A stretch of DNA of 63,060 nucleotides, counting the filler, from Octopus bimaculoides (taxonomy: Eukaryota), in the NCBI RefSeq assembly GCF_001194135.2. It is 6 parts of 6 records of this genome, joined end to end, with 100 filler letters (N's around TTAATTAATTAA, not from the genome) between each part and the next. Parts side by side here need not be neighbours in the genome. Positions count along the whole stretch, not along the records: positions 19,211 to 34,408 come from NC_068986.1; positions 34,509 to 54,786 come from NC_068996.1; 4 more parts are not named here. One strand, 5' to 3'. The notes beneath the pieces were generated by a model. It was not told the origin of the DNA. It did not search any database and worked only from the letters and a program-made list of their open reading frames with translations. Of the stretch, positions 25,363 through 41,040 are shown piece after piece. Position 1 is the stretch's first letter. Each line of letters starts with the position of its first letter. The position numbers were made by a program, and so were the translations under genes.

Positions 25363-25530
25363 TTGTGGCACAAGGTGAGCAAATTTCGGGGGTAAGTCGA
25401 TTACATCCACCCTGCTGTTTAACTGGTACTTATTTTATCAGTCCCTGAAAGGATGAAATTCAAAACCGGCCTCGGCAGGATTTGAACTCAGAACGTAAAG
25501 ATAGACGGAAGACGTTAATGATTTCGCCCA
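25363..25530 (-). mobile_element. SINE family C fragment
   Basis: AAGTCGATTACATC...GGTACTTATTTTATC...GGATTTGAACTCAGAACGTAA is the reverse complement of family C. Confidence 0.75.
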
Positions 25531-25786
25531 ATTAGCCATGTATATTGGACATCACAATGTGGTTCTTTTATATTTATTTCGTGAATTTATTTTAGCTATT
25601 ACGCTTAAAGACAAACTGGAGCACCGCATTCAGTTTTATTGTGGGTTGCGTGTGTGTGTGCGCGCGCGCGCGTACGTGTGTGTGTGTGCGTGTGTGCGAG
25701 TATGTGTGTCTGTGTGTTTTAGCTATCAACACTAAACGACATCACCTTTAGTATATTTTTAGTTTAGCGTAGGAATTACACCTATG

Positions 25787-25825
<39 letters not shown>

Positions 25826-26761
25826 GAGAAAGAGAGAAAGAAAGAGAGAGAGAGAGAAAGAAAGAGAGAGAGAGAGGCAGACTGAGACAGTCAGACAGAC
25901 AGAGACAGACAGACAGAGACAGACAGACAGAGACAGACAGACAGAGACAGACAGACAGAGACAGACAGACAGAGACAGACAGACAGAGACAGGGACTGAG
26001 GTAGAGACAGAGATAGAAAGAAACAAAGAAAGCCATATTTATATATGTTTATATAATAAACATATTTACACGGCAGAGCGAGAGAGAGAGAGAGAGCTTA
26101 GTAGACAGAATGACTGAGGGATGGGTAAAAGGAGAGGGGAACAGAAAGTGAGTGAGTGAGAGAGTGAGTGAGAGAAAGACAGACAGTAGGAAAAATGTTA
26201 AAGATAAAATAAAGGTTTACAAATGTTCTGTATTGAAAGATTAAAGGCGAAGTAAATTACATTCATAAGGTAACAATAATTTTGAAAAGAGAATATTTGG
26301 CTGCGAAATATATTGTTTATGAAAATTGTTATAGATCTGATGTCAAACATTTTAATAGCCACGGTAAACTACTAAGAGCAATGATAACTTCACAGTTTAT
26401 CAACAACACTCGATGAAAGGATAGATGGATCTCCGTCGTTCAACGAGGAGGATTTAGTTACTAAATCGACACAACACCACTATTGTATGTTGTATATATT
26501 GTTACCACCTTCTACTGATATTGTCAACAGCACACTATATGATCGACGTTACACTTACTTTATATTAAATATCTTTGGTAGCGTTAATGATAGATCAACA
26601 CCGCATGTTCTATAATACCAGCTGGCGGAAGATCTACATGGGATTAAACTAGTAAACTAGTAGTAACATGGAACAGCCACATTGATGTGGCGATTAACTT
26701 TACTTGTTAGTATAGTTACTACTCTCATTTCTTCTTGAGATTTTACAACTAGCTATTTTTG

Positions 26762-26819
<58 letters not shown>

Positions 26820-27448
26820 CGCCTAGATTCAAATCCAAGATGCCATTGTATGCTGCCGTAGAAGTCGTTCCAGACATGGAAGCAAAATCCCAGTCATTGC
26901 AGACTATCAGCAGTTGATAGAAGCCAAACTATTTTCTGTCTCCAAAGAAGGACGGTAGTCATTAACAGATGCAGCATTTAGTATGTTATATCTGTAAGAT
27001 CGCCAGAAGAAGCTGATAAGTATTTGTGAGACTTAACATTGGCAGTGACTGCGATGGATCTGAGTGATTTATGTGCCAACATTTGTGACTTCTTGCTTGT
27101 ATTAAAAATAATTATTCTGGATATATGAGGGTATGAAATGGCGGATTTTTAAAATAAAGTATCGTGTAGCATTTAATCATATCATTTAATGTCAGATCCG
27201 ACTTTGCCCTTTCTCTGACGAAGCCTTAATGAAACCAGAAACTAGTCAAATCAGTTTCTGTTCTAACAATTTGTTAATATTCGCTGAGTCTTAAATAGAA
27301 TTCATTTTGTTTTTGTTTTTTTAAAAACAAAGTGGTTTATCTTATCCGAACGCGTTGTATAAGTACATTAGAATTAGCATATACATATACATATGTATAT
27401 ACGTGTGTATATGTACATATATATGTATATACATACATAAAGATATAA

Positions 27449-27495
<47 letters not shown>

Positions 27496-28826
27496 ATATA
27501 TGNNNNNNNNNNNNNNNNNNNNNNNNNNNNNNNNNNNNNNNNNNNNNNNNNNNNNNNNNNNNNNNNNNNNNNNNNNNNNNNNNNNNNNNNNNNNNNNNNN
27601 NNNNNNNNNNNNNNNNNNNNNNNNNNNNNNNNNNNNNNNNNNNNNNNNNNNNNNNNNNNNNNNNNNNNNNNNNNNNNNNNNNNNNNNNNNNNNNNNNNNN
27701 NNNNNNNNNNNNNNNNNNNNNNNNNNNNNNNNNNNNNNNNNNNNNNNNNNNNNNNNNNNNNNNNNNNNNNNNNNNNNNNNNNNNNNNNNNNNNNNNNNNN
27801 NNNNNNNNNNNNNNNNNNNNNNNNNNNNNNNNNNNNNNNNNNNNNNNNNNNNNNNNNNNNNNNNNNNNNNNNNNNNNNNNNNNNNNNNNNNNNNNNNNNN
27901 NNNNNNNNNNNNNNNNNNNNNCCCTATCTCTCCTATCTATCTCTCTCTCCATCTCTCTCTCTCTCTCACACACACATGCAGACATTAAATATGCTTATAT
28001 ATATGCGCCTCTGTGTGTCTGAGTATTTGATTGTGTATGTATACGTACACTTCCATACGTACAATCAGTATGTGTGCTTGTATGAGTGCATGTATGTGTT
28101 TCCGTGTGTACATACATTTATACATACATAAATGCATATATAAATGAATTTATGAATGCATAGATTCATACATACATACATACATACATACATACATACA
28201 TACATCCGAACACTGAGATAATCATCGCTGCGGATAAACATATATGTACAACGTCTATCTATCATCTAATATTTGTCTAAATGTGTTGTTTCGGGGGAAG
28301 AGCATATAATAGCATAATAAATGAGTGTATATACATTTATACATAGAAACACACATACATACATACATATACATACATATATATCTACATACATACATAT
28401 ATATATATACATATATATATATANNNNNNNNNNNNNNNNNNNNNNNNNNNNNNNNNNNNNNNNNNNNNNNNNNTATATGAAAAGGCTATATATAGAGTGT
28501 GTGTGTACGTTTTAAGTTGTAATTGATACTATTCCAATGAAATCTACACAATCCAATATGACATATATATTGCTGTGTTGTTGATAGAGTATAGAGCAAT
28601 TACAACAAAATTTCTCAGTCTCCAGTCAAACATAACGACCGCCATTACTACACCCTACTCTTCAATTAGACCTGTCTTATTAATATATACTATATCAAAA
28701 GTAAGGATTGGGGTTTCATTTCGTTAGTGCGATGGTGTTGTGATGAATGTGTACCTAAAATTGTAAGTACGGATGATTATGTGAACGTATGTATGTATGC
28801 TCACGCCTACACAAATGTATGCACAC

Positions 28827-28869
<43 letters not shown>

Positions 28870-29717
28870 CAAAATTAAGAGGAATGACCACCAAAAGTGG
28901 ACTCCAATATGCTAGAAATAGATGCCAAATCACCTAACCACGAAGAGTATGTTCTCAAGAAAACAGACTTCAGCAAGACGCCAGAATGTAAAAATGAGCA
29001 AGACAAATAAAAGTATACGAAATAAAAAAAAACGATTACCTACGTACCAATGGTTTCACCTGTTAATATTTACACTAGTAAATATCTGCAGGATCATCAG
29101 CGTAGTCTGTCGATTACAAAATATAATTTCCAGAATATAATTTCTTGTCGTTGAAAGCTCGAAATAGGGAGTAATTAACAGTCGACAACCGAGGAGGGAT
29201 TAGACTTCTTTTCTTTCGGTATTTTGTCCCAACTTGTCTCTCATTATGTGTTTACGTATTTTACAGTTGTTGGTGATGTCCTGTTCTTTATTGTGTATTT
29301 AATATTTATTTATCTATAGTCGAACTCCACGCAGCCTTGTCCACAGTAAGTTTTTGCTTATATATATNNNNNNNNNNNNNNNNNNNNNNNNNNNNNNNNN
29401 NNNNNNNNNNNNNNNNNNNNNNNNNNNNNNNNNNNNNNNNNNNNNNNNNNNNNNNNNNNNNNNNNNNNNNNNNNNNNNNNNNNNNNNNNNNNNNNNNNNN
29501 NNNNNNNNNNNNNNNNNNNNNNNNNNNNNNNNNNNNNNNNNNNNNNNNNNNNNNNNNNNNNNNNNNNNNNNNNNNNNNNNNNNNNNNNNNNNNNNNNNNN
29601 NNNNNNNNNNNNNNNNNNNNNNNNNNNNNNNNNNNNNNNNNNNNNNNNNNNNNNNNNNNNNNNNNNNNNNNNNNNNNNNNNNNNNNNNNNNNNNNNNNNN
29701 NNNNNNNNNNNNNNNNN

Positions 29718-29759
<42 letters not shown>

Positions 29760-30034
29760 TATATATATTGTGTATAAATAAGCATATGGGTGTGTATACA
29801 TGTAGTTATGTGCATGTATGCAATTATGCAGTTTTCTGTCTAGGACGTCAGCACGTGGCTGTATGAGCACGAAGCACAGATGATAAAATGTGTTTGCCAA
29901 ATATATGTGCGCATCCATTGGATCGCAAGAACGAGGGACCATGGGGCTGTCACGATAACAGTTTCAAAACAATGCTATTTCTGCACCCAAGAGTTAATAT
30001 GCATAAATACATGCATAGATACATTCATACATTC

Positions 30035-30065
<31 letters not shown>

Positions 30066-30102
30066 TGTATACACACACATATATATAGATATGTATATAT
30101 AT

Positions 30103-30323
30103 ATAGAAACAATGAAGATGGAAGATGTAATATACTGGAAACTTTATTTATCACAACGATCGTTTGGTCACGTCCTGCATCGCCCCCTCGCCGGTGGGAA
30201 ACTATTCACTGAATTTGTATAGTTTCCTACCCGCGTGGGAACGATGGGGGATATATGTCCAAACGAAACTTTATTTATCACAATGATCCAGTATATTCCA
30301 TCTTCTGTCACTAATGTTTCTAT
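30103..30323. other. ~220-bp imperfect foldback palindrome
   Basis: Arms 30103-30205 and 30219-30323; central stem GGAAACTAT/ATAGTTTCC around a 13-nt loop. Confidence 0.85.
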
Positions 30324-31223
30324 TGTACTCAACGTACGCCGAGGAACTCCTAATGTAGACCCAGCGACGACTGCGCAATTGCCGTGGATGACGCCAGGAA
30401 GCCATAGGCAATGAATGTGCCTTATCGGCATACTACTAGGGACATATCCAACAAGTAAATTTTAAATGGTGAATTGTAATTTTAACTTGTATGTAATTTT
30501 AACTTGTATATATATNNNNNNNNNNNNNNNNNNNNNNNNNNNNNNNNNNNNNNNNNNNNNNNNNNNNNNNNNNNNNNNNNNNNNNNNNNNNNNNNNNNNN
30601 NNNNNNNNNNNNNNNNNNNNNNNNNNNNNNNNNNNNNNNNNNNNNNNNNNNNNNNNNNNNNNNNNNNNNNNNNNNGTGGTGGTGGTGCTGCTGCTGCTGC
30701 TGCTGATGATGATGATGATGACGGTTGAGTGAGTGCTCTCCTACAGCAAAATGGACTGAAAATTATATATTTTTCTTCCCGAAGAAGAACAGATGTCCGA
30801 AACGTCAGATATTTCACACTTCACAATATAGTTGAACTTTCATTCTAACTGGAACCTCTGTGCACTGAGTTGACACTGACTTGCTGTAATTAAATGACTA
30901 TACTGGAAGTACTAGATTGAAATACTATCTGCATAAATAAAGACTGGATCAGTGGTAGTTATATTTGGAGTGGTGATGGTGGTGCTAGGGGTGATGGTTG
31001 TGTTGGCTATGAAAGAGCTTTTATTACAGCTGTCGTCGTCGCTGTCGTCGTCGTCCTCACCATCATCATCAGCATCAGCATCGAAATATTTGATGGAATC
31101 GTTTTAGTTTTACAGTTCTTATAGTTGTTGGTGATGTTGGCGGTGGTGTTCAAGATGATAATAGTGTACATGTGTGATGGAAGGTGGAGCGAAAACAGTT
31201 CATTTGTAAGCAGCTGAAAGATT

Positions 31224-31294
31224 AGTAGTGGCAGCAGCAACAGCAGCAGCAGTAGCAGCAGCAAAAGAGCAACAGTCAAAGCAATGGCAACAGC

Positions 31295-31325
<31 letters not shown>

Positions 31326-31375
31326 GCAGCGGCAGCAGCAACAGCAGCAACAGCGGCAGTAACAGCAGCAGCAGC

Positions 31376-31427
<52 letters not shown>

Positions 31428-31572
31428 ATAGCGGCGGCAGCAGCAGCAGCAGCGATGGTGATGGTAACGCTGGTGGTGGTGGTGGTGGTGGTGAGGAGGA
31501 GGAGGAGGAGGAGAAGAAGAAGAAGAAGAAGAAGAAGAAGAAGAAGAAGAAGAAGAAGAAGAAGAAGAAGAA
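31224..31572 (+). repeat. Compound trinucleotide microsatellite
   Basis: Consecutive (CAG), (CAA), (CAG), (TAG), (CGG/CAG), (TGG), (AGG) and (AAG) runs. Confidence 0.95.
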
Positions 31573-32227
31573 ATCTGTACCGTGTTGCTGGCGCTTCTGT
31601 TGTCGTTCTCGACGTTATAGTTAATATATTTTTAATATTGTCTCAATCTTTACCGCTGTCACCGCTGTCGTTTCGTCGTCGTCCTTGTCATCGTAAGAAG
31701 TCATTAACCCTGAATACATTTGGTTACTGTTCATATTAGTGCAAAGTCATGTGTTTTCAATATATCTGGTTAATATTAAGACTCCATATTTACTTCACCA
31801 CGTCTTTTGCTTTGCCCCATGCCTCTCCATTCTGCAAGGTTTTAGCCAGAACGATGCAACCTTTGTTATTTCACGACACTGGCGTCGTTATATAACAGAA
31901 AAGTAACAGTAACACTTGTGGATAGCACCGTCGCAGAGAATTTGGCATTCGTAGAGTAAATTCCCAAGTTATGCATCGATTTCAAGAAATGAAAACAACC
32001 TCGGCAACAGGAACAACAATATTAACAATACCAGTGTATATGTGTATATGAATGTTGTATATACGTACGCGCACGCACGCATACACACAAACACACACAT
32101 ACATACATATTCATATATGTGCAAAGGCGCCCGCCACCACTCCAATACAGACATATATATATAGTACGTACGTATGTGTTTTATATACACATATATGTGT
32201 GTGAGTGCGTGCGTGTGTGGTACATAA

Positions 32228-32283
<56 letters not shown>

Positions 32284-32639
32284 GCAATATATGTGCGTAT
32301 GTTTGTGTTCGTGTGTGCGCGAGTGTGTAATAGGTGACATGTTGGTGAACTCGCGCTTGTGTGTGTTTGTTTGTGCGTACAACGTACGTAATACGTACAC
32401 ATAAATGTATAAACAATAGTAATTACAGCGCAAGATAGCGTTTTTGTGCGTAAGAAATAAGTAAATATAGAAGAAAAAACAACTAATCTCTTATTTACTA
32501 GGTTCAGTCGTAATATTTCATAGAATATAGCAAAGGAAAATATCGTTGTTTATTCAGTTTTATATTGGTAGAAGCAAATATATAAATATTAAAGAAGGAA
32601 GATGAAATAAAAATGGCGGATTAAGAAGAAAACAATGAG

Positions 32640-32696
32640 TCAGCGAGAGAGAGAGAGAGAGCTGGGAGAGAGAAGGTGGATAGATAGATAGATAGT

Positions 32697-32771
<75 letters not shown>

Positions 32772-33057
32772 AAACAATGAGACAGAGTAAGACAAAGTAA
32801 AGTAGGAAGAGAGATTTTGTGACAGAGAGATGGAGAGACAGAGGGAGAGTGAAAGATATAAGTGTGTAGGGTAGAAATAGATATACAAACAAGCAAACAC
32901 AGGAGGAAGAGGAGGGAATATATGTGGAATATATAGCTTTGTGCGTATATATATATATATATGCGTACACAAACAGAGAGACATATTAAAAGTGAGAAGG
33001 GAGAGAAAGGTATAGGAGACTCAGAGGGCGAAGGAGTATAGGATGAAAATGAGAGTT

Positions 33058-33155
<98 letters not shown>

Positions 33156-33192
33156 GTGAGGAGGAAATCATGAGGGGATAAAAAGTAAAGGG

Positions 33193-33264
<72 letters not shown>

Positions 33265-33300
33265 CAGACAAACAGGTAGGTAGGTAGGTAAGTAGGCAAG
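32640..33300 (+). repeat. (GATA)n / (GA)n / (GGTA)n microsatellite complex
   Basis: Directly visible runs at ~32680-32770, ~33060-33150 and ~33195-33295. Confidence 0.95.
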
Positions 33301-33599
33301 CAGGCACGAAGACAGTCAGATGGATATAGTCAAAATATAGAATATGAGTGAAGTAATGATTTAGTACTGAAAACACGAAAGTGTTTTAGCTTTCTCTTTT
33401 TTTATTAACGGTTTTTTTTTTCGTATTATCATAATTATTACTTGTTTCCTTTTCGTTGTTCTTAAACCCACAGCTACGTCATTAGATCTTCGTAATCTCA
33501 CCTTCAGGTTGAAGTGATGTTGGAGCGTGTTGCTTTCGCTTTATAGGAACCAAGGCCAATGCGATTGTTGTATACATTGCTGCAGAGAATTTGAATTTA

Positions 33600-33843
33600 G
33601 TCTATCAGATTATACATCACATTTAGGAATCGGGCCCAGTACTAAATTTTTGAAAAGCTGGTACTTTTACTATCTGTCTCTTTTGCCGAACCGTTTAGTT
33701 ATAGAGATGTAAACAAACAAACGCCGGTTGTCAGGCATTGGAGGGAGACAAGGACACAAAGACACACACACACGTAAAGATACATAATACATACATGCAT
33801 ATATATATATACACACACACACACGTACATACACGCACACACA

Positions 33844-33930
<87 letters not shown>

Positions 33931-34092
33931 GGGAGTACTTTCAGTTTCCGTCTCCCAAATCCATTCGCAAAGCTTCGGTTGGTCCAAGATTATAGTAGAA
34001 CACATTTGCCGAAGGTGTCAGGTAGTGCGACTCAACTCGAAACCATGTGATTGGGAAGCAACAAAAATTTCCACACAGTCAGACCTACGCCT
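33600..34092 (-). mobile_element. Degenerate SINE family B with an expanded internal (CA)n
   Basis: TCTCTTTTGCCGAACCG...(CA)n...TTTCAGTTTCCGTCT.CCAAATCC...CGAAACCATGTGATTG. Confidence 0.7.
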
Positions 34093-34408
34093 ATTCACAC
34101 AGCCGCCGATTTGTTTTTGTGCCGTGCATTTAAGTGTATTGCAGTCCCTCCACGTAGTAAGTGCATGATCAATCGGTAGTAGAGTGTCGTAAATGTATGA
34201 CCGCTATAACAGTTAGAGTCGTGAAGCTTGCACTTTTACAAGTACATAACAGCAAGCATGGAATCCTGCAAAGAAACTTACAAATGATCAATGTGATTTA
34301 TAAATTTAACTGTAAACGTGTAAATTTGAAAATACATGACATCACCCACCCCCTCTCTCTCTCTATGTATATATATATATATATATATATGAATATATAT
34401 ATAATTAT

Positions 34409-34508
34409 NNNNNNNNNNNNNNNNNNNNNNNNNNNNNNNNNNNNNNNNNNNNTTAATTAATTAANNNNNNNNNNNNNNNNNNNNNNNNNNNNNNNNNNNN
34501 NNNNNNNN
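34409..34508. other. Artificial scaffold-join spacer
   Basis: 44N-TTAATTAATTAA-44N. Confidence 0.97.
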
Positions 34509-35235
34509 GACAGGTACCGACTCGAACACCCAAATGTGCCAACGTGGACTTGGAGCAACCGCATTGGGTCGTCGAGATCGTATCTAGATAGGATAGTATG
34601 TAGGACAATAGATAGAGATAGCTTAGGCTGTCCACAATTCCACACAGTCAGCTACACGGATCACAAACTTGTGACGTGTACGCTAGACTTAGATAAGGCA
34701 CATAGGCAGGGTCCCGGTTACTGGAAACTAAACGCGTCTTTCCCGTCGAGACAAGTTTTCAGAGACCGGATTAGCACGTTAGTAAAGAGGGCCTTGACGG
34801 GAGCTATCATCAACAACAAATGGTGGTTAGCCCTCAAGAGAGCAGTAAAAGCAGAAGCAACTAGATATGGCAAGGCACTAGCCGTAGATAGAAACAGAGT
34901 AGAGGGAGAGCTAGTGAATAAGTTAGAGGAGGCATTAAGAAGCGGCATCGCATCGGACGTTTTGGCGACGAAATTGGCCCTCGATCAACATTTCAATGCC
35001 AAACACGAAAGATGTGCTGTCAGGGCAAGGATGTGTGCTCTGAGGAACGAAGGTATTGGAGCCGCGCGAGAGGCCCGGGTGGCGGAGGCGCANNNNNNNN
35101 NNNNNNNNNNNNNNNNNNNNNNNNNNNNNNNNNNNNNNNNNNNNNNNNNNNNNNNNNNNNNNNNNNNNNNNNNNNNNNNNNNNNNNNNNNNNTTTTGTCC
35201 CCTCTGTGTTGAGCCCTGTGTGGCTAATTAAGAAA
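34509..35235 (+). mobile_element. Tx1/L1-clade ORF2 fragment (APE endonuclease C-terminus plus linker) and 3' tail after a 100-N gap
   Basis: Uninterrupted frame over 34509-35092 with SYLDRIV, TDHKLV and GPGYWKLN; tail TTTGTCCCCTCTGTGTTGAGCCCTGTGTGGCTAATTAAGAAA (35193-35235). Linkage across the gap is inferred. Confidence 0.85.
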
Positions 35236-35405
35236 CCTATCTGTCTATTTATCTATCTATATGTATGTATGTTTATGTCAAGTAGTCGTGGAAGTTTCTA
35301 TGAGGGACTACGCACTATATGCATCTAAAATAAAAAGGAACATACACTCGTGTGTTGTGTATGTTCATGTGTGACATGAATAGATAGAGAGATAGACAGA
35401 CAGAC

Positions 35406-35460
<55 letters not shown>

Positions 35461-35511
35461 GAGGTAGAGAGAGAGAGAGAGAGAGAAAGAAAGAAAGAAA
35501 GAGATAGATAA

Positions 35512-35558
<47 letters not shown>

Positions 35559-35619
35559 TAACAGACGGACGGACAGAGAGACAGGTATAAATATATACAT
35601 ATATATATGTGTGTGTGTG

Positions 35620-35651
<32 letters not shown>

Positions 35652-35751
35652 CGTATAGATAGAGAGAGGGGGAGAGTGAAGGAGAAAGAGAGAGAGAAAA
35701 AGAGGGAGTGAGAGAGAGAGAGAGAAACAGAGAGCTAGAGCTGGATAGATA

Positions 35752-36930
35752 CATTTCTTTTATTAGCCACACAGGGCTCAACGAAGATGGGACAAATACA
35801 ATGTAGAGCTTTTCTTTTTGGGAGGGGAAAAAAGGGGGGGGGTCGATCAAAAGGGGTCGTAGGAAGGAAAAGGGGGTAGCTCGATCAAAAGGGATCAAAA
35901 AAAAAAAAATAAGGGCGATCAATAGGGATCGTGTATCACAGTAATGTTCTCGTGTAAAAGGAGGGGAGGACAGTTTAGGTTTGGCCGTGGAAAGAAAAGC
36001 CTNNNNNNNNNNNNNNNNNNNNNNNNNNNNNNNNNNNNNNNNNNNNNNNNNNNNNNNNNNNNNNNNNNNNNNNNNNNNNNNNNNNNNNNNNNNNNNNNNN
36101 NNNNNNNNNNNNNNNNNNNNNNNNNNNNNNNNNNNNNNNNNNNNNNNNNNNNNNNNNNNNNNNNNNNNNNNNNNNNNNNNNNNNNNNNNNNNNNNNNNNN
36201 NNNNNNNNNNNNNNNNNNNNNNNNNNNNNNNNNNNNNNNNNNNNNNNNNNNNNNNNNNNNNNNNNNNNNNNNNNNNNNNNNNNNNNNNNNNNNNNNNNNN
36301 NNNNNNNNNNNNNNNNNNNNNNNNNNNNNNNNNNNNNNNNNNNNNNNNNNNNNNNNNNNNNNNNNNNNNNNNNNNNNNNNNNNNNNNNNNNNNNNNNNNN
36401 NNNNNNNNNNNNNNNNNNNNNNNNNNNNNNNNNNNNNNNNNNNNNNNNNNNNNNNNNNNNNNNNNNNNNNNNNNNNNNNNNNNNNNNNNNNNNNNNNNNN
36501 NNNNNNNNNNNNNNNNNNNNNNNNNNNNNNNNNNNNNNNNNNNNNNNNNNNNNNNNNNNNNNNNNNNNNNNNNNNNNNNNNNNNNNNNNNNNNNNNNNNN
36601 NNNNNNNNNNNNNNNNNNNNNNNNNNNNNNNNNNNNNNNNNNNNNNNNNNNNNNNNNNNNNNNNNNNNNNNNNNNNNNNNNNNNNNNNNNNNNNNNNNNN
36701 NNNNNNNNNNNNNNNNNNNNNNNNNNNNNNNNNNNNNNNNNNNNNNNNNNNNNNNNNNNNNNNNNNNNNNNNNNNNNNNNNNNNNNNNNNNNNNNNTATC
36801 CCGAACGGGTAGTGCTTCTCGATAGCACTGCCAGGCCAGGGATCTCTGGAAGTTGTCCATAGGCCCCGGCCCGAAGGTCGTCTTAAACAGGCGGGTCAGG
36901 TATTCCTCGTCGACGCCCAGGTTCGCCCCA
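35752..36930 (-). mobile_element. Second Tx1 copy (ORF2 C-terminal part plus 3' UTR), convergent with the first
   Basis: LAWQCYREALPVRD (cf. Tx1 C-terminal W...H..LP.RD) at 36798-36930; 3' UTR 36002-35752 ending AGCCCTGTGTGGCTAATAAAAGAAATG. Confidence 0.75.
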
Positions 36931-36981
36931 GATAGATTGGTAGGTAGGTAGGTAGGTAGGTATCGATAGATAGACCGATAA

Positions 36982-37024
<43 letters not shown>

Positions 37025-37048
37025 AAGAAAGAAAGAGATAGAGAAAGA

Positions 37049-37080
<32 letters not shown>

Positions 37081-37259
37081 AAGAGAGACAGTAAGAGAGA
37101 GATACAGACAGACATATAGATATATGTATAGATATATAGTTAGATAGACAGTGAGAGAGAGAGAGAAAGAAGAAAGAAAGAGAAAGGGTGAGAGACAGAA
37201 AAGAAAGAGAGAGGAAGAGAGAAAGAAAAATAAAGAAAGAGAGAGAGAGTGAGAGAGAG

Positions 37260-37300
<41 letters not shown>

Positions 37301-37382
37301 CAAAGTGGACAATGGCAAAATATGAGAAATAAAGAAGTTAGAAATAAATATTTATTTCTGTAGTTATACATGCATACTTACA

Positions 37383-37477
<95 letters not shown>

Positions 37478-37495
37478 ACACACACATACACACAA
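36931..37495 (+). repeat. (GGTA)/(GATA)/(GA)/(GAAA)/(CA) microsatellite complex
   Basis: Directly visible. Confidence 0.95.
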
Positions 37496-37505
37496 ATATA
37501 CATGC

Positions 37506-37668
37506 AGGCGCGTAGCTTAGAGGTTATGGTATTGGATTGATGGTAGTAGAGTGTGGTTTCGATTCCTGGACTGGAAGATGCGTTCTATTATTGAGTAAAG
37601 CACTTAATTTCACGTTGCTTCCGTCCACTAAGGTGCAAAAAATGAACAATTCTGCGTGGGACCGGCGC
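37506..37668 (+). mobile_element. Degenerate SINE family E head and body
   Basis: AGGCGCGTAGCTTA...GGTTTCGATTCC...TTGAGTAAAGCACTTAATTTCACGTTG parallels 11198-11305. Confidence 0.65.
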
Positions 37669-37681
37669 AGGCAAATTTATC

Positions 37682-40500
<2,819 letters not shown>

Positions 40501-41040
40501 AAGCCAAAAACTGCTTCGTGTATTTTGTCAGTAGGGAAAGATAGTTTCTCACCTGCTACTCATTGAAGGTAAAAGAAATTAGAATTCGATGATTCCTCAA
40601 CGCACTTTATATATACACTTTATGTTCTTAATGCATAATTTTATAGATTTAATGCATAGCACTCAAANNNNNNNNNNNNNNNNNNNNNNNNNNNNNNNNN
40701 NNNNNNNNNNNNNNNNNNNNNNNNNNNNNNNNNNNNNNNNNNNNNNNNNNNNNNNNNNNNNNNNNNNNNNNNNNNNNNNNNNNNNNNNNNNNNNNNNNNN
40801 NNNNNNNNNNNNNNNNNNNNNNNNNNNNNNNNNNNNNNNNNNNNNNNNNNNNNNNNNNNNNNNNNNNNNNNNNNNNNNNNNNNNNNNNNNNNNNNNNNNN
40901 NNNNNNNNNNNNNNNNNNNNNNNNNNNNNNNNNNNNNNNNNNNNNNNNNNNNNNNNNNNNNNNNNNNNNNNNNNNNNNNNNNNNNNNNNNNNNNNNNNNN
41001 NNNNNNNNNNNNNNNNNNNNNNNNNNNNNNNNNNNNNNNN

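Noticed and set aside
27215-27262. CTGACGA...GAAACTAGTC hammerhead-like sequence
   Set aside because: Stems I and II do not pair; at most a dead Penelope-type remnant.
29880-29960. NICAHPLDRKNEGPW resembling a kringle motif
   Set aside because: In-frame stop just upstream, missing cysteines and no good splice donor.
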